Below are positions 1 to 8,704 of a DNA stretch of 18,991 nt, piece after piece. A model generated the notes under the pieces. It was not told the DNA's origin. It saw only the letters and a list, made by a program, of their open reading frames with translations, and did not search any database. This stretch comes from Gemmatimonadota bacterium. GTDB taxonomy: Bacteria > Gemmatimonadota > Gemmatimonadetes > Gemmatimonadales > GWC2-71-9. Location: positions 1 to 18,991 of the forward strand of contig QHTZ01000088.1 of NCBI GenBank assembly GCA_003221005.1, read 5' to 3'. Made by a program: the position numbers and the translations under genes. Within the stretch, counting starts at the first letter, position 1, and every line of letters begins with the position of its first letter.

Positions 1-348
1 ACCCCGGCCGCCGACCACGAGCTCGCCGGCGTTCGCTGCGCCGACCCCGACCATGAGATACAGGTCCACGGGACAGTCCGCTTCGAGGTGGTCCAGCGCG
101 CGCCGCAACGCCTCGTCCGCGATCGTCACCACGTCCACGTCCTCGAGCAGCCGATGCAGGTCGGCGCGGTCCGCCCGCAGCGCCCCGGCGATTACCTGCT
201 CGGCATGCGGAGAGGCGGGGTCGAGGACATAGTTGTGCCAGTAGCTCGTGAGAACCGGCCGGTGGCGCTCGAAGTGCTCGTGATAGGCCGCCACGGGATC
301 CGGTGCGGCGAGGACGGCGAGGAACTCGGGCACGAGGTTGACGAGCAT
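1..348 (-). CDS. Hypothetical protein, 5' part; runs off the window edge (possibly a DUF2268-like putative Zn-dependent protease)
   Basis: Not in the ORF track; translated by hand. ATG at 348 is open to base 1: MLVNLVPEFLAVLAAPDPVAAYHEHFERHRPVLTSYWHNYVLDPASPHAEQVIAGALRADRADLHRLLEDVDVVTIADEALRRALDHLEADCPVDLYLMVGVGAANAGELVVGGRG. Third codon positions are GC-rich. The family call is tentative because no catalytic motif is within the window. Confidence 0.7.
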   Translation of the reverse strand, partial: MLVNLVPEFLAVLAAPDPVAAYHEHFERHRPVLTSYWHNYVLDPASPHAEQVIAGALRADRADLHRLLEDVDVVTIADEALRRALDHLEADCPVDLYLMVGVGAANAGELVVGGRG

Positions 349-367
349 GGACGCGGTGACCGTCCGC

Positions 368-396
368 AATTTGGGAACCGGCCGCCGACGAGACAA
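368..396 (-). promoter_or_regulatory. Possible sigma70-type promoter for the edge gene
   Basis: Minus strand reads TTGTCT-17 nt-CAAATT, about 20 nt upstream of ATG 348. Confidence 0.3.
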
Positions 397-430
397 GCGG
401 GCGCCGACTTGACATTTCGCGCGCAGCCCG

Positions 431-1264
431 TCAGGGCTTGTCGCGCATCTTCCGGCTCATTTCGGCGAGGAACTTCCGTTCCGCCGGCGTGAGACTGTCG
501 ATTCCCCGCGCCGAGATCTTGTCCAGCACGCGGTCGATCTCGGCCGACACCGGGTCGCGCTCGGACGCAGCGCGGCGACGCTTGACGCTCGCGTCCGCGC
601 CCCGGGCGACGTGCGCCGACTGCACGAGCACACTGGGCTCGGCCCGCCGCCGCAGCTGCCGCTCCGCCCGCGCGAGCCGCCAGTCGGCCGTCTTGAGGTA
701 CAGGAATCCCGTCGCGAAGCCACCCAGGTGCGCGAGGTGCGCCACGCCGTCCGACACTGAGAACAGCGCGAGCACGAACGAAAAGGCGACGAGGAACGTC
801 ACCAGCCACTTGGCCGGAATCGGCACCGGAAACGGAAAGACGTAGATCGGCTGATTGGGCCACGCCCAGGCGAACGCCAGCATCACCCCGTACACCGCCG
901 CCGACGCCCCGATGACCACGTCGATGTGGCGCAGCTGCACGAGGCCGAGCGACAGGACCGCGCCACCCAGCCCGCACAGCACGTAGTACGCGAGAAACGC
1001 CCGGCCGCCCATGCGCTCCTCGACGGGCGGCCCGAACATGAAAAGCGCGAGCAGGTTGAACGCCAGATGCAGCAGACTGGCGTGCAGGAACATGTACGTC
1101 ACGAAGGTCCACGGGCGCACCAGCGCGAGCAGCGGCTGGAACCCGAACAAGGCCTGGAACCGCGGATCGACCAGCACGGTCTTCTGACACAGGAAGACGA
1201 GCAGGTTGGCGACGAGCAGGCGGCGGACCCACGGGGTCATGCCGAACATCCGTTGCGCTTCCAT
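431..1264 (-). CDS. Rhomboid family intramembrane serine protease with a C-terminal DUF6576-like helical tail
   Basis: Multiple TM segments; MFLHASLLHLAFN motif; catalytic Ser in GASAAVYG and His in AHLAHLGG; tail EIDRVLDKISARGIDSLTPAERKFL. Confidence 0.92.
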   Translation of the reverse strand: MEAQRMFGMTPWVRRLLVANLLVFLCQKTVLVDPRFQALFGFQPLLALVRPWTFVTYMFLHASLLHLAFNLLALFMFGPPVEERMGGRAFLAYYVLCGLGGAVLSLGLVQLRHIDVVIGASAAVYGVMLAFAWAWPNQPIYVFPFPVPIPAKWLVTFLVAFSFVLALFSVSDGVAHLAHLGGFATGFLYLKTADWRLARAERQLRRRAEPSVLVQSAHVARGADASVKRRRAASERDPVSAEIDRVLDKISARGIDSLTPAERKFLAEMSRKMRDKP

Positions 1265-1271
1265 CGGGCGG

Positions 1272-2303
1272 TCATCCCCCGCGCGCGGCGCCCTCCGCCC
1301 CCCGGTTCCGGGCGAGCCGGCAAATGCGCTCGCACAGGTCCGGAAAGTCGATCCCCGCGGCCCGGGCGGCCTGCGGGAGGAGGCTTGTGCGCGTCATGCC
1401 GGGGAGCGTATTCGCCTCCAGGCAAAAGATGTCGCCCTCGGGGCTCAAACGGAAGTCAACCCGCGAGTAGCCGCCCAGTTTCAACGCGCGATGCGCCGTC
1501 AAGGCCAGCTCCTGGAGCTGGCGCGTGAGCGTTGTGTCGAGCCGCGCGGGAAAAACTTCCTCCGACATGCCGGGCGTGTACTTGCACTCGTAGTCGAACA
1601 GCTCGTGCTTGGGGATGATCTCCCCCACGGGGAGCGGCACGTCGCCCAGCACGCCGACCGTGACCTCTCGGCCTGGGATGAACTGCTCCACCATCACGTC
1701 GTCGTCGTAGCGGGCCGCGAGGGTCACCGCCTGATCGAGCCCCTTCGCGTTCTTGACGAGTGTGAGCCCTATGGTGGACCCGCCCCGAGATGGCTTGACG
1801 ATCACGGGCCAGCCGAGGGCCGTCGTCACATCCTCGGGCGCCACGGGCGTCATGAACCAGGCCGGGACCGGCACGCCGGCCGCGCGGAACAGTCGCTTCG
1901 CGAGGTCCTTGTCCATGGCGAGCGCGCTCCCGAGCGGTCCGCTCCCGGTGTAGGGGACGCCGATGACGTCGAGGACCGCCTGCAACGTGCCCCCTTCGCC
2001 GCTGCCGCCGTGAACCGAGAGGAACAGCACGTCCGCCTCCCGCACGGCCGGGAGGTCCGCGAGCCCGTTGGAGAGCATCGCGCGCTCGCGCTCCGCCAGC
2101 TCTCCGACCTCCGTGGGCTCGCTTCCTACGGTACCGCCGCCGAGCAGGCGGCCTTCCTCCACTTGGGAGAGCAGGCCCTGCGTCGTATCGACGACGTGCA
2201 CCGTGTGCCCCCGGCCGCGCAGCGCCGCGACGATCTGCGCCGCCCCAGCGAACGCCACGGCGCGCTCCGGCGTCGCTCCGCCCGCCAGCACCGCGATCCG
2301 CAT
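1272..2303 (-). CDS. ddl: D-alanine--D-alanine ligase
   Basis: HGGSGEGG, PYTGSG, ALAMDK, KPSRGGS, FDYECKY, RVDF and EANTLPGMT motifs. The ATG overlaps the upstream TGA (TGATG at 2301-2305). Confidence 0.93.
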   Translation of the reverse strand: MRIAVLAGGATPERAVAFAGAAQIVAALRGRGHTVHVVDTTQGLLSQVEEGRLLGGGTVGSEPTEVGELAERERAMLSNGLADLPAVREADVLFLSVHGGSGEGGTLQAVLDVIGVPYTGSGPLGSALAMDKDLAKRLFRAAGVPVPAWFMTPVAPEDVTTALGWPVIVKPSRGGSTIGLTLVKNAKGLDQAVTLAARYDDDVMVEQFIPGREVTVGVLGDVPLPVGEIIPKHELFDYECKYTPGMSEEVFPARLDTTLTRQLQELALTAHRALKLGGYSRVDFRLSPEGDIFCLEANTLPGMTRTSLLPQAARAAGIDFPDLCERICRLARNRGAEGAARGG

Positions 2304-3688
2304 CAGCGGATCCCCGCGAGCTGGTGGAGCACGTCGTAGCGGGTCACGATCCCCGCGATCTTCCCGTCGCGCCGCACCAGCACCGCGGGCGTCTCGCGGG
2401 ACAGGAGGGACGTGAGGCGTTCTACGGGAAGCTCGGCGTCCACCACCGGAAACGGCCCGTCCATCAGCTCTCCGACCGCCTGATCGAGGATCGCCGGTTG
2501 CTCGAGCGCCTTCGCCATCAGCGCCTGCTCGGAGACCGCGCCCACGCCGTCATTGGCGTCCAGCACCGGGAGCTGGGACACGTTGTACGTGCTCATCAGG
2601 TTGAGCGCTTGCCGGACGGTGGCCTGGGGGCCCACGTGGATCAGGGGTGGCGCGCCGTTTTCCTTCGCGCCCACGAGGCGCCCCACGCTGGTCCGCTCGG
2701 GCTCGAGAATCTGGTTCTCCCGCAGCCATTCGTCGTTGTAGACCTTCGAGAGGTAGCGCTCGCCCGTGTCACACAGCACCGTGACCACCAGAGCCTCGGG
2801 ATCGTTGACCCGGCGTGCCACCTCCAGGGCGCTGACGATGTTCACCCCCGTCGACCCGCCCGTGAACAACCCCTCCTCCCGCGCCAGTCGCCGCGCCATG
2901 AGCATCGCGTCCTGGTCGCTCACCGAGATCCACTCGTCGATCACGTCCCAATGGAGCGCGCTCGGGATCTTGTCGCCACCGATCCCCTCCACCTTATATG
3001 GGTGTCCTTCGCTGGTCCGGTGGTTCCGGGCATAGTCGCTGTAGATCGACCCGACCGGATCCCCGGCGATCACCCGGATCCGCGGATTCCGCTCCTTGAG
3101 GTAGCGCCCGGCGCCGCTCACCGTGCCCCCCGTGCCGGGCGCGCATACGAAGTGCGTGAGGCGTCCCTCCGTCTGCTGCCAGATCTCCGGCCCCGTGGTG
3201 TCGTAATGCGCCTGGGGGTTGACCTGGTTGTAGTGCTGATCGGCGAAGATCGCGTTGGGATGGGCCGCCGCGATGGCGCGGCCCTTCATGATGTAGTTCT
3301 CCGGGTGGTCGGGCGGCACCGCGGTCGGCGTGATGATCACCTCGGCGCCGAGCGCGCGCAGCAGCCGCGCCTTCTCCTGAGACATCTTGTCCGGCATCGT
3401 AAAGATGCAGCGGTATCCCTTCACCGCTGCCGCGATCGCGAGCCCCACCCCGGTGTTGCCCGACGTCGCCTCGACGATCAGTCCGCCGGGCTTGAGACGC
3501 CCCTCGCGCTCCGCCGCTTCGATCATCGCGACGCCGATCCGGTCCTTGACCGAGCCCCCTGGGTTGAAGAACTCGGCCTTGGCGTACAGCGGCGTGCGCA
3601 GTCCCTGGGTGACCTTGTTCAAGCGGATGAGCGGCGTCCACCCGATCGTCTCGAGGACGTCCCGGTACGCCTTAATGTGGGCCTGCAC
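2303..3688 (-). CDS. cbs: Cystathionine beta-synthase (PLP-dependent domain plus C-terminal CBS pair)
   Basis: NPGGSVKDR (PLP lysine), EATSGNTG, GTGGT and YKVEGIG motifs; C-terminal CBS domains. GTG 3688 chosen as start because AAGGGAG precedes it. Confidence 0.9.
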   Translation of the reverse strand: MQAHIKAYRDVLETIGWTPLIRLNKVTQGLRTPLYAKAEFFNPGGSVKDRIGVAMIEAAEREGRLKPGGLIVEATSGNTGVGLAIAAAVKGYRCIFTMPDKMSQEKARLLRALGAEVIITPTAVPPDHPENYIMKGRAIAAAHPNAIFADQHYNQVNPQAHYDTTGPEIWQQTEGRLTHFVCAPGTGGTVSGAGRYLKERNPRIRVIAGDPVGSIYSDYARNHRTSEGHPYKVEGIGGDKIPSALHWDVIDEWISVSDQDAMLMARRLAREEGLFTGGSTGVNIVSALEVARRVNDPEALVVTVLCDTGERYLSKVYNDEWLRENQILEPERTSVGRLVGAKENGAPPLIHVGPQATVRQALNLMSTYNVSQLPVLDANDGVGAVSEQALMAKALEQPAILDQAVGELMDGPFPVVDAELPVERLTSLLSRETPAVLVRRDGKIAGIVTRYDVLHQLAGIR

Positions 3689-4103
3689 CCGGGCTCCCTT
3701 GCAACGCGTCACCCTGCGGGTGGCGAAACTCGATCGGCTGGAGGAATGCCGTGGCCACGGGGATGCCGCGGCGTCGCGCTGGCGCGAACCGCAGCCTCTT
3801 CGCGCCGCTGATCGCCGCCGAATCGAGCGCGGGGTAGCCGCTCGACTCCGCCACCCGCGAAGACTCGGGGACCACCCGACCGGTCGAGTCGGCGAACAGC
3901 CGCAGCACGACATCCCCTTCCACTTTCTGGTCGAACAGCCTGGGAGGATACTGAATCGGCGAGTCCGCGTTCAGGGACACCGGCGGTTCCTGGTCGGGCG
4001 GCGACGGCGGCCCGCTCGCCGTCTGATCGGGCGGCGGCGACTGCTTGCCGCACGCGAGGACGACGAGGACGAGCGCGACCCCGCGCACGCGCGCCGCCCT
4101 CAC
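3672..4103 (-). CDS. Short TonB C-terminal domain protein with a signal peptide/possible lipobox
   Basis: GTG 4103 overlaps the mutS TGA. Pro-rich linker followed by YPP...VEGDVVL...ESSGYPALDSAA...RFAPA, typical of TonB_C. Confidence 0.82.
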   Translation of the reverse strand: MRAARVRGVALVLVVLACGKQSPPPDQTASGPPSPPDQEPPVSLNADSPIQYPPRLFDQKVEGDVVLRLFADSTGRVVPESSRVAESSGYPALDSAAISGAKRLRFAPARRRGIPVATAFLQPIEFRHPQGDALQGSPGAGPH

Positions 4104-6739
4104 GGGACCTCCCCGTCCCCCATCCCCCGTCCCCCCTCCCCCAGTTGCTGCTTCCAGGCGGCCAGGCGGTTGAGGGCGTCGAGCGGCGACAGCGTGTTCA
4201 CGTCCAGGCCGCGCAGCTCCGCGAGCAGCGGGTGGGGTGTGCCCGGGAGGAACAGGGCGAGCTGCTGGGCGTCGGGGGGACGCGGCGCGGGTTCGAGCGC
4301 CACGTGATGCCCCGCCTCGAGCAGGCGCAACACCTGGACCGCTCGCGCCACGACTGGAGCAGGCAGACCCGCGAGCCGCCCCACGTGGATCCCATAGGAG
4401 CGGTCCGCGCCCCCGGGCTCGAGCCGGTGCAGGAAGACCACGTCGTCCCCCACTTCGCGCACCGCCACGTTGTAATTGCGCGCGTGCGCGAGCTCTTCGG
4501 TGAGCTGCGTCAGCTCGTGGTAGTGGGTGGCGAAGATCGTCTTGCAGCCGATCGCGTTGTGGAGGTGCTCGGTGACCGCCCACGCAATCGCGACCCCGTC
4601 GTAGGTTGACGTGCCGCGACCAATCTCGTCGAGCAGGACCAGGCTCCGCGCGCTCGCGCCGTGGAGAATGGCGCTCGTCTCACTCATCTCCACCATGAAC
4701 GTGGACTGGCCCCGCACCAGGTTGTCCGACGCGCCCACTCGCGTGAACAGCCGGTCCACGACGCCGATGCGCGCGCGCCGGGCCGGCACGAACGCCCCCA
4801 TCTGCGCCAGCACCACGCATAACCCCACCTGCCGGAGCAGCGTGGACTTGCCCGCCATGTTGGGTCCGGTGAGCACGATCACCCGATCGCTCTCGTCCAG
4901 CCGCACGTCGTTGGGGATGAAGGCCTCGCGGGCCATCATCCGCTCCACCACAGGGTGCCGGCTTGCCTCGAGCTCGATCACGCAGCCGTCGTCGACCGTG
5001 GGGCGGACGTAGCTCTCGCGCTGCGCCAGGTCCGCGAACGCGCTCCACAGGTCGAGTTGGGCGAGCAGGGCCGCGGTGGACTGGATCCGCGTGCTGCACG
5101 CGGCGACGCGGGCGCGCAGGCCGTCGAGCAGCTCCGCTTCTCGGGCCCCGATGCGCTCCTCGGCCCCCAGGACCTTCGCCTCGTGCTCCTTCAGCTCCGG
5201 CGTCACGAACCGCTCCGCCCCCGACACCGTCTGGCGACGCTCGTATTCCGGCGGCACCCGCGGGAGATGCGGTCGCGTCACTTCGATGTAGTAGCCGAAG
5301 ACCTTGTTGAAGCCGACCTTGAGCGAGCCGATCCCGGTGCGCTCGCGTTCCCGCCCCTGCAGCGCGGCGATGTATTGCTTGCCGCCGTCGCGGGCCAGCT
5401 TCAGGTCGTCGAGCTCCTGGTCGTACCCGGACCGCACCGCGTCGCCGTCCGCGAGCTGCCCGGGCGGCCGGTCTACCAGCGCGCGCGCAAGCTCGCCGGC
5501 CAAGTCCGCGAGCAGGTCGAACCGCTCCGCCGCCCCCTCGAGCAGCGCGGCCCGCCCGCGCCCCTCTAGCCCGTCCAGCGCCGCCCGCGTGTCCGGGAGG
5601 CGGAACAGCGAGTCGCGCAGCGCGCCCAGCTCGCGCGGGGTGGCGCGACCCAGGGCCGCGCGCCCGGCCAGCCGCTCGAGGTCACGCATGCCCTCTAGTG
5701 CCTCACGCACGCGCTCCCGTCCGCGAGCGTCCTCGAGCAACACAGCGACGCAGTCGAGCCGTTCGTTGATCGCGACCGGATCGACGAGCGGCGCGAGCAG
5801 CGTGCGCCGCAGCAGCCGCGCACCCATCGGGGTGAGCGTGCGGTCGATCACTTCGAGTAGCGTGCCGCCCCCGCCCCCGCCCCCCGCGGCGCCGGGGCGG
5901 AGCGACTCAACGAGCTCCAGATTACGGCGCGTCATCTCGTCCAGCGGGAGCAGGTCGCCGCGCCGCACGATGCGGGGTCGGGAGAGGTGTGGCAGCCCGC
6001 CCGGCTTGAGCTCGCGCGCGTAGCGGAGCAACGCTCCTGCCGCGCTGACCGCCGGCCGGTCTCCAGCCTCGACACCCAAGCCGTCGAGCGACGCCAGACC
6101 GAAGGTCCGGCCCAGGTCCTGGCGCGCGAGCTCGGCGTCGAACTCCCAGGGATCGCGCTCGGTTCGTGTCGTGGGCGGCGGCGTGGCGAGCGAGACTCCG
6201 GCGGGCAGGACTACTTCCGCCGGCTCGTAGCGCGCGAGCGCCTGAAGCAGCTCGGCCGCCGGCACCGTTTCCAGCACGAGCTCACCCGTGATGAGGTCGA
6301 GCGCAGCCAACCCGGCGCTGGGCTCCCGGGGGTCCACTGCCACCAAGTAGTAGTTGCGGTTGCGCTCGAGCCAATCGTCCGTGAGGACGGTTCCTGGAGT
6401 GACCGTCTCGACCACTTCCCGCCGGACGATGCCCTTCGCGAACCTGGGATCTTCGGCCTGCTCGCAGATCGCCACCCGATGTCCGTTGGCGATCAGCCGT
6501 CGCAGGTATTCCGTGGCGGCTTTGACAGGGACGCCGGCGAGAGGCACCTCCGCCGCCCCGCCGTTGTTCCGCGAGGTGAGTGTGAGACCGAGCTCGCGGG
6601 CGGCCAGCCGGGCGTCGTCTTCGAACATTTCGTAGAAGTCGCCCATACGGAAGAACAGAATCGTGTGGGGGTACCGCGCCTTGATCTCGCGGTATTGCTG
6701 CATCACCGGCGTGCCCGCCTCAGGCCGGGTCGCGGTCAT
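4100..6739 (-). CDS. mutS: DNA mismatch repair protein MutS
   Basis: TPVMQQY, FFRMGDFYEMF, TGPNMAGKST (Walker A), STFMVEM, LLDEIGRGT, FATHYHEL and SYGIHV motifs. ATG 6739 overlaps the upstream stop (ATGA). Confidence 0.98.
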   Translation of the reverse strand: MTATRPEAGTPVMQQYREIKARYPHTILFFRMGDFYEMFEDDARLAARELGLTLTSRNNGGAAEVPLAGVPVKAATEYLRRLIANGHRVAICEQAEDPRFAKGIVRREVVETVTPGTVLTDDWLERNRNYYLVAVDPREPSAGLAALDLITGELVLETVPAAELLQALARYEPAEVVLPAGVSLATPPPTTRTERDPWEFDAELARQDLGRTFGLASLDGLGVEAGDRPAVSAAGALLRYARELKPGGLPHLSRPRIVRRGDLLPLDEMTRRNLELVESLRPGAAGGGGGGGTLLEVIDRTLTPMGARLLRRTLLAPLVDPVAINERLDCVAVLLEDARGRERVREALEGMRDLERLAGRAALGRATPRELGALRDSLFRLPDTRAALDGLEGRGRAALLEGAAERFDLLADLAGELARALVDRPPGQLADGDAVRSGYDQELDDLKLARDGGKQYIAALQGRERERTGIGSLKVGFNKVFGYYIEVTRPHLPRVPPEYERRQTVSGAERFVTPELKEHEAKVLGAEERIGAREAELLDGLRARVAACSTRIQSTAALLAQLDLWSAFADLAQRESYVRPTVDDGCVIELEASRHPVVERMMAREAFIPNDVRLDESDRVIVLTGPNMAGKSTLLRQVGLCVVLAQMGAFVPARRARIGVVDRLFTRVGASDNLVRGQSTFMVEMSETSAILHGASARSLVLLDEIGRGTSTYDGVAIAWAVTEHLHNAIGCKTIFATHYHELTQLTEELAHARNYNVAVREVGDDVVFLHRLEPGGADRSYGIHVGRLAGLPAPVVARAVQVLRLLEAGHHVALEPAPRPPDAQQLALFLPGTPHPLLAELRGLDVNTLSPLDALNRLAAWKQQLGEGGRGMGDGEVP
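4110..4143. repeat. Heptamer tandem repeat (TCCCCCN)x4 plus one TCCCCG
   Basis: + strand tccccg tccccca tcccccg tcccccc tccccca, at the 3' end of mutS just upstream of the tonB-like start. Confidence 0.75.
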
Positions 6740-7602
6740 GGCTCTTCCACGACGAAGGGCTGCCCGCCGAGCCGGGTCTTCAGGCGGCGCTGCGCCCGCT
6801 GCGCCTCTTCGCGGGTTGCGTAGCGCCCGACCCGTACCTTGAAGAGGCCGCTGGTGTCGCGCACCACCCGCGCATCGAAGCCCATCACCTTGAGACGGCT
6901 CAGCAGGTCGTCCACCTGGGGCGCGCTCTTTACCGCCAGGACCTGAACGGCGTACGTCGCCCCCCCAGCGGGCGTCGCCGTCGTCGAGCGTGCCGTATCG
7001 GCTGGCGCTGTGTTCGCCGCCGCGAGGCCGGCGCACCGCGGCGCATAGAACGCGACCTGGTTCTTGAACTCGACATCGTCCCGGGCTCCGTCCAGGGCGT
7101 CCTGGATGAGGGTGCACCCGTGGGCGTCGTCTTTCAGGTCGAAGTACGCGCGGCCCCCCCAGAACCCCGCCCGCGCCCTGAGCGGGGAGTCGGGGTAGTC
7201 GCGCCGCATCCGCTCGGCTGCTTGGACCGTGCCAGCAGGGTCGCCCTGCGCGAAGTACAGCTGGGTCAAGAGGAGTAGCGCGGAGTCTGCCCAGACCGAG
7301 CGGCCATACTCGATCACGACGCGTTGCAGGTACATCTGCACGGTGGGGGGGTCGGCGGCCACGCGGCCGGCGGCGAGGAGGGCGCCGGGGTAGAGGGAAT
7401 CGTGCGGCGTCAGGCTGCCGAGGAGCCGTCGCATCATCGCGCGCGCGGAGTCCGGTCGGGTTTGCGCGACGCTCAGTGCCAGCCGGCGGATCGAGTCGGC
7501 CGGAAGGGCAGCTTGGGCCGCTAGGCGGTGGACCGGGTAGGCGGACAGGCAGGCGACGAGCAGAGCAACCGCCAAACCACCCAGCCGCCTGTCGCGTCTC
7601 AC
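6736..7602 (-). CDS. Exported SPOR-domain protein with a TPR-like helical region
   Basis: GTG 7602 overlaps the holA TGA. Signal peptide; TPR-like ...LYFAQGD...RRDYPDSP...; C-terminal YAVQVLAV...FKVRVGRYATREEA (SPOR). Confidence 0.85.
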   Translation of the reverse strand: MRRDRRLGGLAVALLVACLSAYPVHRLAAQAALPADSIRRLALSVAQTRPDSARAMMRRLLGSLTPHDSLYPGALLAAGRVAADPPTVQMYLQRVVIEYGRSVWADSALLLLTQLYFAQGDPAGTVQAAERMRRDYPDSPLRARAGFWGGRAYFDLKDDAHGCTLIQDALDGARDDVEFKNQVAFYAPRCAGLAAANTAPADTARSTTATPAGGATYAVQVLAVKSAPQVDDLLSRLKVMGFDARVVRDTSGLFKVRVGRYATREEAQRAQRRLKTRLGGQPFVVEEP

Positions 7603-8651
7603 GCCGCCTCCCGCAGGGGCATGGTCAAGGTCAGCAGCAGCTCGGTCACGATCGCCCGCCCGCCGCTCACCGTGGACGATTTGAGCGCCACGTCGGCCTC
7701 GAGGGTGCGCCGCAGCGCGCGCCGCATCATGGCGGGACGCCACAACACGGCCCAACGCGCCCAGCGCGCGGCCTCCTCCTTCCAGTTCCCGAGCCCGAAA
7801 GGCCGCGCGGCGAGGATATGCCGGAACACTATGTCCGGGAGCCGGGCCGCGGGGGCGCCGCCGTCCAGCTCCGCGCGCGCCAGCGCGGTCCCGATCAGGG
7901 CCGTGCCGAGCGCGCTCACGATGCGCACGCCGGTCATGCCCGCCTGGTCCAGTACCGGCTCGACCCGCCGCGCCGCGGCGAGCGGCTGGTGAGTGAGCGC
8001 CGCCTCTACCAGGTCACCGAGTGACTCGCCGCGTCGCACCCCCACCAGCGCGGCGACGTCGGCCTGCGTGGTGGCGCGTCCGACCGCGAGTCCAGCGAGC
8101 TTCTCGAGCTCAAGCGCCAGGGCGCCCAGATCGTCTCGCACGGCCTCGAGCAACAGGGTCGCTGCCTCGGGCTCGATCGTGAGCCCGAGCTCGCCGGCAC
8201 GGCGCGCCATCCAGCGGGCGACCCGCTCGGGTGGCAGCCGCTCGACCGCGACGGCTGTCACCGCTTGCAGCAAAGCTGCGTCCGGCTTCTCGCCCGCGCC
8301 TTGTACCAGCATCAGCACGGTGGTGGGGTTTGGCGCCGCGAGGTAGCGGATCAGCTCCTTGTACAAGCCGGAGGTCTTCTTCACCTGCTCGACGCCGCGC
8401 AGGATCACGGCCCGCGTGGGGGCGAGCAGCGGCGGCGTGTTCACCAGCGCGTGGAAGCTCTCGGGGTCGAGGTCTGCGGCGCTCCGCTGGTCGACGTTGA
8501 AGTCCCGCGCACCGGGCTCGACCACCCGCTCGAGCAGGGCCCGGATCGCTTCGTCCTTGAGGACGTCCTCGTCACCGTAGAGATAGTAGACGGGGTCGGG
8601 CGCGCCGCGCTTGAGGCCCCGAAGGAGCGCGTCGAAGGTGAGAGCCCTCAT
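7599..8651 (-). CDS. holA: DNA polymerase III subunit delta
   Basis: PVYYLYGDED...DFNVD...TPPLLAPTRAVILR, ELEKLA and C-terminal ADVALKS pattern; 350 aa. Confidence 0.9.
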   Translation of the reverse strand: MRALTFDALLRGLKRGAPDPVYYLYGDEDVLKDEAIRALLERVVEPGARDFNVDQRSAADLDPESFHALVNTPPLLAPTRAVILRGVEQVKKTSGLYKELIRYLAAPNPTTVLMLVQGAGEKPDAALLQAVTAVAVERLPPERVARWMARRAGELGLTIEPEAATLLLEAVRDDLGALALELEKLAGLAVGRATTQADVAALVGVRRGESLGDLVEAALTHQPLAAARRVEPVLDQAGMTGVRIVSALGTALIGTALARAELDGGAPAARLPDIVFRHILAARPFGLGNWKEEAARWARWAVLWRPAMMRRALRRTLEADVALKSSTVSGGRAIVTELLLTLTMPLREAA

Positions 8652-8704
8652 ACGCGGCGGAAGTTACCGCCGCCCGGAGCCCAGTGAAAGAGCGGAAAAG
8701 CGAG

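Noticed and set aside
5864-5890. Poly-Gly stretch in MutS (GAAGGGGGG)
   Set aside because: It is a short in-frame low-complexity segment, probably a variable loop, with no evidence of function.
6740-7117. N-terminal extension of MutS in the ORF track (likewise for cbs, tonB-like, SPOR, sigma and upp)
   Set aside because: These extensions overlap upstream genes or intergenic DNA and lack homology. Better starts with coupling or RBS signals lie downstream.
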